A stretch of 64,000 bases of DNA, taken from positions 235,432 to 299,431 of the forward strand of contig JBAYUY010000001.1 of the NCBI GenBank assembly GCA_041674845.1, written 5' to 3'. The DNA comes from Candidatus Shapirobacteria bacterium. GTDB taxonomy: Bacteria > Patescibacteriota > Microgenomatia > UBA12405. Positions 9,595 to 16,632 of the stretch are shown one piece after another; the stretch's first letter is position 1; the number at the start of each line of letters is the position of its first letter. A program made the position numbers and the translations under genes. The notes beneath the pieces were generated by a model. The model had not been told where the DNA came from. It was given only the letters and a program-made list of their open reading frames with translations, and did not search any database.

Positions 9595-9737
9595 AATTTA
9601 AAATTTTTAATTTTTAATTTTTAATCAAATCTCAATAACAAATTTTTAATTTAAAAACAAAAGATGTTTTTATATAATTTATATTTTTTTTAAAATTTAA
9701 GAATTTAAAATTGCTTAAAAATTAAAAATTTTAAATT
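9595..9737. repeat. AT-only heptad-repeat spacer with 23-bp perfect inverted repeat
   Basis: 9595-9617 (AATTTAAAATTTTTAATTTTTAA) is the exact reverse complement of 9715-9737. The array of AATTTTT/AAAAATT heptads abuts the ppsA start codon. Confidence 0.8.
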
Positions 9738-9742
9738 AAAAA

Positions 9743-10150
9743 TTATTTGTCGATTGATGGTTTCCAACCTCGGTTGGGTAAATTTCTAACTTCGTCAGTT
9801 TCGTCGGGACGAGAATAATCGTCTTGAAGTCGATGGGTTGTGCCTGTTTCACCGTTACTGGCTTCGATTAAAACTGTGTCGGTAATGGCCATAAAACGAT
9901 GGACAATTTTTGGTTTGATGGTGTAGCCGTATTCGGGAATCATGGTTTCAATTTTAGTTGTTTCAATAGTTTTACCCATTAATACTTGACAATTTCCTGA
10001 AATTAGGGACATGGTTTCAATTCGATCGTCATGATATTGGAGAGATAGTTTACCTCCGGCATTTAATTTGAGGATTTTTAGAGTGTAGGGCAAACCTGGT
10101 TCAGTGAGAATCGTTTCAGAACCCCAAGGTTTAGTAATAATAGTAGGCAT
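9743..10150 (-). CDS. cupin-domain protein (mannose-6-phosphate isomerase type II-like)
   Basis: 135 aa with KPWGSE...LSLQYHDDRIE..., typical of the cupin_2 / MPI C-terminal domain. Confidence 0.6.
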   Translation of the reverse strand: MPTIITKPWGSETILTEPGLPYTLKILKLNAGGKLSLQYHDDRIETMSLISGNCQVLMGKTIETTKIETMIPEYGYTIKPKIVHRFMAITDTVLIEASNGETGTTHRLQDDYSRPDETDEVRNLPNRGWKPSIDK

Positions 10151-10169
10151 TAGAAAATAATAGCAGAAA

Positions 10170-10787
10170 TTAGGACATCAAGTCGACGAGGATGTTAAGG
10201 CATGATGATTCCTTGGGTTCGTGTAGTTTTCCATTTTTGTACAAATATTCCATTTCAATTAATTTTAAATATGCTTCCTTTAATTTATCTTGAGGGAATT
10301 TGGAGTAACTGGTTAAATTTTTGCGAATTGTGTTTTTTAACCAAAAGAAAAATAATTCAAATGGTTCTTGGCTTAAAGTTTCTTGATAAAGTTGACAAAA
10401 ACTATGAATATTGCCTGGACGTAGGGCATTTAATGTGGCAAATAATTTTTTGTCGAGAGGAAATTTTTGGATAAATGCTTTGCCAAATATATTATTTTCT
10501 GTTGGCTTTAAGGTTCTTTCTTGCCAAATAATAATATCAATATCATTGTTTTGAATAGCTTTGACTAATTTGTCTAAACTAGCCTTAATTAGCGAAAATG
10601 GATTGTCCAAAACCAATACTTTATCTGATCCAAAAAGTGATTGAGAATTTACATATTGGTTTAATTTGTCAAAGTCAATTGATTTATTGTCAACATGAAG
10701 CACTTCAAATTCATGGTATTCTAAGATCTTTGTTTGATAGGCTTGCTGACTTTTGTACTGATCATCACCATGAAATATGTATATCAT
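10170..10787 (-). CDS. DNA polymerase III delta subunit-like (short HolA)
   Basis: 205 aa with a HolA-like N-terminus (IYIFHGDDQY...LFGSDKVLVL). Weak similarity judged by eye. Confidence 0.4.
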   Translation of the reverse strand: MIYIFHGDDQYKSQQAYQTKILEYHEFEVLHVDNKSIDFDKLNQYVNSQSLFGSDKVLVLDNPFSLIKASLDKLVKAIQNNDIDIIIWQERTLKPTENNIFGKAFIQKFPLDKKLFATLNALRPGNIHSFCQLYQETLSQEPFELFFFWLKNTIRKNLTSYSKFPQDKLKEAYLKLIEMEYLYKNGKLHEPKESSCLNILVDLMS

Positions 10788-10812
10788 TTGTGTTTAATTA
10801 TAACTTAGACAT

Positions 10813-11355
10813 GTGTTATATTGGTTAATGAACGAAATATGTCCAAAATGTGGTGCTCCATTATCCCCTGTTACTGAAACTCCAACAGGTCGTCAGTTGC
10901 AAAAATGTTCTAAAGGTAGTTGGAACAAGGAATTAAAAAAAACTGAGGGTTGTGATTATGTTCTTTGGCTCGAAGTGGCCCCAAAAGAGCTTGATGAAGT
11001 TTGTCCAAAATGTGGCTCACAATTAGTTTTGTCGGTGACTCGTTTTGGCAAAAAAATGAAAAAGTGTAGTAAGGGTACCTGGAATAAAGAACTAAAAAAA
11101 GCAGAAGGTTGTGATTATATAGAATGGATAAATGGAACTACCGAAAAACTTGAGGAAGATTGTCCTGATTGTGGGGAAAAATTGGTTTTGTTTACCACTG
11201 CTGCTGGCAAAAAAATGAAAAAATGTTCAACTTCAGGTTGGGATAGTGCCAAAAAACAAGCTACAGGATGTAAATATATCGAATGGCTAAAACCGGGTGA
11301 TTATCAAGCAAAAGAAGATAATGGCGGAGAAGAATTCTTGCCACCAGAGGAATAA
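10813..11355 (+). CDS. protein with three tandem topoisomerase-type C4 zinc-ribbon repeats
   Basis: Three roughly 54-aa repeats of the form CP(K/D)CG-x-L...KKMKKCSKG(T/S)WNKELKK(A/T)EGCDYIEW. The likely true start is the ATG at 10828 (MNEICPKCG). Confidence 0.6.
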   Translation: MLYWLMNEICPKCGAPLSPVTETPTGRQLQKCSKGSWNKELKKTEGCDYVLWLEVAPKELDEVCPKCGSQLVLSVTRFGKKMKKCSKGTWNKELKKAEGCDYIEWINGTTEKLEEDCPDCGEKLVLFTTAAGKKMKKCSTSGWDSAKKQATGCKYIEWLKPGDYQAKEDNGGEEFLPPEE

Positions 11356-11364
11356 TTTTTTCTG

Positions 11365-12219
11365 TTAAAGAGTCATAGTATTTATGTCGGTTGATGTGTT
11401 TTTGTTGGTATCAATGGTAATACCCATTCTTTGAGCATATGTTTGAATCTTGATATTTTGATTCTTTATTAGACTGTCACCTGCTTTACTATAATTTAAT
11501 TGACGTTTTGCCTGGTTTAGTAAAGATTCGGCGTTAGATATATTTGTTATATGAGCAATGGCATGAAGAATGGTAGCTTGTCGATAATGTGAATCAGTAT
11601 TAGCGGCTAGATATTTTATTTGATTGTCATTAAGTTGTTTTTGGAGTGAACATCGTGGATCGATAAGACTAGACTGTCCTAATCGGTGAACCATACTTTC
11701 CATTAATATCACGTTTATTATATTGGGAGTTAAAATTATATTGTCGGGTAAAAAAATATTTTGATTAATATTGAGATTATTTGATACATTGATGGCATAT
11801 GATAATGGTTGTCGTTCTATGGTATCCGGAAAAAATGTTGAAAATATGGCAATTTTTTGAATTTCTTGGAGAGAAAACGAATGTTGGTTGCAAATACTGT
11901 CAATTTCGTTTAAAAGCTTGGATTCGCTGGCTGTTGTTTCGTGTTTATTTAAGTGGACTAAATTTTGTCGATATATTTCAGATAACCCAACAATAACTTG
12001 ATCAGGTCGTGTTTCTTGACGACAAAGATATAGTAATAAATTTGCTGGTGATGTTATTTTGTCATCACTATTTATTTCAATTAATTTGGTGTGAAATAAG
12101 CTTAATATTCCTGTTGGAGGTGAGGGGTTTCGGGTTATGAATTCGGATGGATCAGGTGTTGGATATTTTTGATGTGAAAAGAGTGTCTCAAGGCGTAAAT
12201 TATTTTTTTTTAGACCCAC
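11365..12219 (-). CDS. hypothetical protein
   Basis: 284-aa ORF with no recognisable motif. Confidence 0.5.
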   Translation of the reverse strand: MGLKKNNLRLETLFSHQKYPTPDPSEFITRNPSPPTGILSLFHTKLIEINSDDKITSPANLLLYLCRQETRPDQVIVGLSEIYRQNLVHLNKHETTASESKLLNEIDSICNQHSFSLQEIQKIAIFSTFFPDTIERQPLSYAINVSNNLNINQNIFLPDNIILTPNIINVILMESMVHRLGQSSLIDPRCSLQKQLNDNQIKYLAANTDSHYRQATILHAIAHITNISNAESLLNQAKRQLNYSKAGDSLIKNQNIKIQTYAQRMGITIDTNKNTSTDINTMTL

Positions 12220-12565
12220 ATTGTATATTTTATTACAAAGTTTGTCGAAGTCAAATATTTTGATTTATTTTGTAGGTTTAAAAATCATCATCAACGTTTC
12301 CTGCTCCACATCCACCATATTTGTATCCTTTGTTGAGTAAACTGTCAAAACCATGATGTTTGTTGTATTGAAAATTAGGTATTTGTGCGTGTAAGCGAAC
12401 ATTAAGGATGTCATTTTGTTGAATCATGTCTTCGGACGTAATTAGTCCGCCTTCGGAGGTAAGTATTGTTCTTGCCCGATCTAGCCGGGGTGTTGCGGTT
12501 AAATCGTCTTTTCTGAAATAGAAATCAACTTTTACTTTTTTTATATTTATTTTAATGTATGAGAT

Positions 12566-12698
12566 GTGTGAGCTGTTATGACGAAATTCGAACTTATTTT
12601 AAAAATAACTTTTAAATATTGAGCTCACAGCGTCGGCCCGCCGCCCGCACCGGTGGGCCTAGCTGTTCGCGTTATTTATAATTCCGCCTTCGCGGAAT
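12566..12698. repeat. inverted repeat IR-A, left copy (core plus arm X)
   Basis: Reverse complement of 16377-16509. It is perfect for 110 nt (12566-12675 vs 16400-16509), followed by 1 mismatch and a 1-nt indel. It contains a GC-rich block, GGCCCGCCGCCCGCACCGGTGGGCC. Confidence 0.9.
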
Positions 12699-12708
12699 TT
12701 TCTTTTTT
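12680..12708 (+). terminator. intrinsic terminator-like hairpin at inner end of IR-A
   Basis: AATTCCGC-CTTC-GCGGAATT followed by TTCTTTTTT. Confidence 0.45.
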
Positions 12709-12776
12709 GCGCGCGCGGGAAACACTCCATTGTATCCCGACTATCGTCGGGATGTAAAATTTTATTATAAATATTT

Positions 12777-12785
12777 TGGTATATA
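12777..12785 (+). promoter_or_regulatory. extended -10 promoter element for the GNAT gene (near-leaderless)
   Basis: TGGTATATA sits 8 nt before the ATG at 12794. No Shine-Dalgarno is present. Confidence 0.3.
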
Positions 12786-12793
12786 ATTTAATA

Positions 12794-13636
12794 ATGGAAT
12801 ATAAAATAAGACAAGCAACTAGGGAAGAGTTGAATATTGCCATAGAATGGGCTGCAGATGAGGGTTGGAATCCTGGGTTATATGACGGCAATTGTTTTTA
12901 CTCTACAGATACAACTGGTTTTTACATGGGTTTTCTGGATGGTCAACCAATATCATCAATATCGGCAGTGGCTTATGATGAAAAATTTGGATTTATTGGA
13001 TTTTATATTGTAAAAAAAGAGTTTCGGGGTCAAGGATATGGTTTTAAATTATGGAACGAAGCATTAAAACATCTATCAACACAAAACATTGGACTTGATG
13101 GCGTTATTTCACAACAAGAAAATTACCAAAAGTCAGGTTTCAAATTAGCTTATCGAAATATACGATATGAGGGTAAAGGATCAGATGGAACATTGGAGAA
13201 TTCAAATTTAATTTTACTTAAAGATGTTGATTTTGACCAAATACTAAATTATGATAATTTGGTTTTCCCTACAAATCGCTCAACATTTCTCAAATCATGG
13301 ATTCAACAACCTCAAAGTCTAGCCATTGGTTATGTGAAAGATTCAATCCTTAAAGGATATGGAATGGTACGACCTTGTAGACAAGGGTACAAAATTGGTC
13401 CTCTTTTTGCAGATAACCAGGACATTGCTGAAATTCTTTTTCAAAAATTGCAAAATTTTGTTGGCAATAACGACCTGATGTATTTAGATGTACCGGAAAT
13501 GAACAGCGAAGCTACTAAATTGGCAAATAAATATGGTATGAAACCTATGTTTGAGACAGCTAGAATGTACACAAAAGGAATACCCACAACATCAATAAAT
13601 AAGGTTTATGGTGTAACAACTTTTGAATTAGGATAG
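12794..13636 (+). CDS. GNAT family N-acetyltransferase with YitH-type C-terminal domain
   Basis: The ORF track starts at TTG 12776, but the ATG at 12794 (MEYKIRQA) is more plausible. The GNAT acetyl-CoA motif FRGQGYGFKLW is present. Confidence 0.7.
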   Translation: MEYKIRQATREELNIAIEWAADEGWNPGLYDGNCFYSTDTTGFYMGFLDGQPISSISAVAYDEKFGFIGFYIVKKEFRGQGYGFKLWNEALKHLSTQNIGLDGVISQQENYQKSGFKLAYRNIRYEGKGSDGTLENSNLILLKDVDFDQILNYDNLVFPTNRSTFLKSWIQQPQSLAIGYVKDSILKGYGMVRPCRQGYKIGPLFADNQDIAEILFQKLQNFVGNNDLMYLDVPEMNSEATKLANKYGMKPMFETARMYTKGIPTTSINKVYGVTTFELG

Positions 13637-13649
13637 ACACTTAACAAGA

Positions 13650-14177
13650 TTAGACAACAACATCGTAAAAACATAATAATGTTCCCTGTTTGTTAATTTG
13701 TTCAATTTTTGTTAGCTGCAAATTAATACCAAAATTGTCACAGATTAGATTATGACCCTCACCAAACATCTTTGGCTCAACAGTCAAAATCATTTTGTCC
13801 ACCAGTTTTTCTTTTAAAAAGATAGTGTATATTTGCGATCCCCCAACCAACAATGCCTTTTTATGACCTCGTGACTCAAGATTTCTAATTATGTCTTTGG
13901 GAGCATTGTCAGTAAATTCCAATTGATTTAGAACACATGAATCAAGAAATTTGTTCGGATTATTCGTCACAACGACCCTAAGTGTATTTTGAGTTAATAC
14001 AATATTACTTTTGACCGAATCGTAGGTCTTTCTGCCCATTATCAAAACCGTACTACTTTCTTTTAGTTTTAGAAAATAAGACTTATCTTCTTTCGACGTC
14101 CATTTGTAAATATTTGAATCATAATTATTGGTAGTTTTGCCATTTACTGAAATTACTGACACCATAGAAATAATCAT
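13650..14177 (-). CDS. RibD C-terminal domain / dihydrofolate-reductase-like reductase
   Basis: 175 aa: VSVNGKT...IMGRKTYDS...LLVGGSQIY...LTVEPKMFGEG, typical of the RibD_C family. Confidence 0.65.
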   Translation of the reverse strand: MIISMVSVISVNGKTTNNYDSNIYKWTSKEDKSYFLKLKESSTVLIMGRKTYDSVKSNIVLTQNTLRVVVTNNPNKFLDSCVLNQLEFTDNAPKDIIRNLESRGHKKALLVGGSQIYTIFLKEKLVDKMILTVEPKMFGEGHNLICDNFGINLQLTKIEQINKQGTLLCFYDVVV

Positions 14178-15520
14178 TGCAACCTCCTAACCTGTGGGTA
14201 AACTTTAGATAGTAAATATAAACTTCCAGTAACAGCAACTAAATTTGATTCGTTTGTAGCTGTCTTAATGGCTGACTCTGGATTGTTAATAATTATGTAT
14301 TTATTAAACTTAAGTTGTTTGAGAATTAAAACCAAGTCACTAATTGTTTGAGTAACTGCAATCATATCTTGATCGTCAACAACAAAGCTCGTTAATATTA
14401 TCTGACTTGCAATTGTGGTAATCGACCGAAGCATTTTTTTAGCTTCTTTCTTTTGTTTAAAAGCTACAACAAAAATAAATTTTTGATTTGGATAAAAATA
14501 TTTTAAGCTTTTAATAAAACCAGACATTTTTTGTGGATTATGGGCCCCATCAAAAATTACTGTAGACGTATCATTTATTCTAAAAACGTCCATTCTTCCT
14601 AAAAATTCAAAATTTGAAAATGTGTGCAAGATAATATCTTGTTTTAAATTAAAATGATCGCGATTACTAATAATCTTTAATACACTTAGAGCTAAAGCGC
14701 TATTTTCTATTTGATAGAGCGCTTGTGTGTTTATAAATATTTTATTTATTATCAAACCGTCGAAGTTGTAATTATATGTTAGTCCATTTGTAGCTAAGTG
14801 AATATTTTTGTAATTGACATTACTTTGAATGTAATATAGTTTTGAATGGTTGTCGGTTACTACCTTATTTATTATATTTCTGGCACTTTTTGTTTGCCAC
14901 AATGACAAAACAGTATTTTTTTGATGGATAATTCCAGCTTTTTGAGATGCAATTTTGGCGATGGTGTTCCCAAGAATTCTAGTATGGTCAAACCCCAATT
15001 TAGTGATGACTACTAATTTATTTTCACTGTCAACTACATTCGTTCCATCCATTAATCCACCCATACCCGTTTCGACTACGGCATAATCGACTTTATGTTG
15101 ATAGAAAGCCAAAAAAAACATCGCCACCATAATTTCAAAATATGTTGGATTGCCATAATTATTATTAATAGTTTTATCGATTGCTGGGATAATTTTATTT
15201 AATAGGTTTACGAAATTGCTTTGACTAATATTTTTATTATTGATTTGAATCCGTTCTCGAATATCAAAAATATGGGGAGAAACAGTCAGTCCAACCTTAA
15301 ATCCATGATTTTTTAACAAAAAACTAAGGTACGAAGCAGTCGACCCTTTCCCGGAAGTTCCAGCAATATGAATAACAGGATATTTATTTTGAGGGTCACC
15401 AATGCATTTTAATAAATATTTTTGCCTATCTAGTCCTAATGTTCCCGGATATCTTAATTTTCCTTTGGGAATTGATTTATGTAGATAATCAAGGGCGTGT
15501 TGATAATTAGTTATAATCAT
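14174..15520 (-). CDS. folC: folylpolyglutamate synthase / dihydrofolate synthase
   Basis: 448 aa with a Mur-ligase-type P-loop (HIAGTSGKGST) and FolC-like layout. 4-nt overlap with the downstream reductase gene. Confidence 0.8.
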   Translation of the reverse strand: MIITNYQHALDYLHKSIPKGKLRYPGTLGLDRQKYLLKCIGDPQNKYPVIHIAGTSGKGSTASYLSFLLKNHGFKVGLTVSPHIFDIRERIQINNKNISQSNFVNLLNKIIPAIDKTINNNYGNPTYFEIMVAMFFLAFYQHKVDYAVVETGMGGLMDGTNVVDSENKLVVITKLGFDHTRILGNTIAKIASQKAGIIHQKNTVLSLWQTKSARNIINKVVTDNHSKLYYIQSNVNYKNIHLATNGLTYNYNFDGLIINKIFINTQALYQIENSALALSVLKIISNRDHFNLKQDIILHTFSNFEFLGRMDVFRINDTSTVIFDGAHNPQKMSGFIKSLKYFYPNQKFIFVVAFKQKKEAKKMLRSITTIASQIILTSFVVDDQDMIAVTQTISDLVLILKQLKFNKYIIINNPESAIKTATNESNLVAVTGSLYLLSKVYPQVRRLQ

Positions 15521-15525
15521 TTTGT

Positions 15526-16188
15526 TTAATTAATTTTTAACCATCTAATTCCCAGATATACAAACGGAGTAGAAATAATCGACATACAGGTTTTCAAAAA
15601 CCAATATGGCAATATAACTCCCCATAAAAACCCAAAATTCGCTGAAGGCGTGACTGAAGTAGAGTAAAAAGCAATTGTCATAAAAATAAATGTATCTATA
15701 AATAATGCTAATGTATTTGAAAGATTATTTCGAAACCACAGTTTACTATTTCCCATTTTGGATTTAAGTTTAAAGAATATATTTATATCTAAAAAATTTG
15801 AGATAAACATTGCGATTAAACTTGCAATCGAGATTCTTATCGACTGAGAAAAAACCAAAAAATAGCTTGGATTTGTTGATAGAAATCTGCTTGATGAAGG
15901 TAATGAAACAGCAAAAGCAGAAAAGATAGCAATAAAAAATATAATAAGTATTGAAATTTTGGCTAAGTTTTTGGCACGAGCAAAACCATAAACTTCAGTA
16001 ACAATATCGTTTATGGAGAATACCCAAGGGATTAAAAACATCCCTACTGCTCCAGTTAAATTTAGTCCAAATAAATTAAATAAAGGAAAAGTTTTTGAGC
16101 CCATTAGCTCAGCTGTTACAATACAAAAAATGTATATTGCAATTAAGAAATCAGGTTTATGTTGACTTGTAGAAAAAAGTGTAATCAT
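15526..16188 (-). CDS. yhhQ: queuosine-precursor (preQ0/preQ1) transporter, YhhQ/VUT family
   Basis: 220 aa, polytopic, with the YhhQ-like motif FSINDIVTEVYGFARAKNL. Confidence 0.65.
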   Translation of the reverse strand: MITLFSTSQHKPDFLIAIYIFCIVTAELMGSKTFPLFNLFGLNLTGAVGMFLIPWVFSINDIVTEVYGFARAKNLAKISILIIFFIAIFSAFAVSLPSSSRFLSTNPSYFLVFSQSIRISIASLIAMFISNFLDINIFFKLKSKMGNSKLWFRNNLSNTLALFIDTFIFMTIAFYSTSVTPSANFGFLWGVILPYWFLKTCMSIISTPFVYLGIRWLKIN

Positions 16189-16286
16189 TGGTTTAAAAAA
16201 TAATTAAAAGTTAGCCCAAAATAGGACTAAAAATACTTTTGAAATTATTTGTTTAAACCATGGTATGTTTCGTTGATTAACAGCAC

Positions 16287-16295
16287 ATTATACCA
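16287..16295 (-). promoter_or_regulatory. extended -10 element upstream of yhhQ
   Basis: The minus strand reads TGGTATAAT about 95 nt upstream of the yhhQ ATG. Confidence 0.3.
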
Positions 16296-16376
16296 CTAAA
16301 AATTTATTGAACATTTTTGGAGTAGAATTATGTAAGTACATTAAAAATTTTTGCGTTTTCATCGAGCCGATATTTT

Positions 16377-16509
16377 TTCCGCCGAAGGCGGAATTATAGA
16401 TAACGCGAACAGCTAGGCCCACCGGTGCGGGCGGCGGGCCGACGCTGTGAGCTCAATATTTAAAAGTTATTTTTAAAATAAGTTCGAATTTCGTCATAAC
16501 AGCTCACAC
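16377..16509. repeat. inverted repeat IR-A, right copy (arm X plus core)
   Basis: Reverse complement of 12566-12698 (see the left copy). Confidence 0.9.
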
Positions 16510-16605
16510 TCAGGGAATTCGCATCATGGCGAGGCAGGCGACGCCGCGCGAGTGCGGCCGCGCGAAGCGTCGCAAACGGCTTTTTTAAATCGTCCTTCAA
16601 AAAAA
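16504..16605. repeat. inverted repeat IR-B, left copy (core plus arm Y), forming the 5' flank/UTR of the recombinase gene
   Basis: 16504-16592 is the exact reverse complement of 18042-18130 (89 nt). After a 15-nt indel, 13 more nt match. It contains a GC-rich block, GCGACGCCGCGCGAGTGCGGCCGCGCGAAGCGTCGC. Confidence 0.9.
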
Positions 16606-16632
16606 ATGAAAACGCAAAAATTTGAGTAACAT

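Noticed and set aside
9595-9742. CRISPR-like regular repeats in AT-only spacers (also at 52831-52912).
   Set aside because: The repeat unit is only 7 nt with no unique spacers, and there are no cas genes. These are heptad A/T tracts, not a CRISPR array.
12278-12427. 49-aa minus-strand ORF (MIQQNDILNV...KGYKYGGCGAGNVDDDF) just outside the left end of element 1. Its frame stays open upstream into arm X.
   Set aside because: It has no ATG/GTG/TTG further upstream, no RBS and no recognisable family. It could be a real small gene downstream of the original tRNA-Glu or simply non-coding, so the evidence is insufficient.
16189-16344. Possible preQ1 riboswitch in the ~95-nt leader of the YhhQ-type transporter gene.
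   Set aside because: A small hairpin (AGTCC-TATTTT-GGGCT) is present, but the tail is U-rich rather than the A-rich tail of preQ1-I. I see no match to the conserved preQ1 loop sequences. This needs an Infernal scan to be sure.
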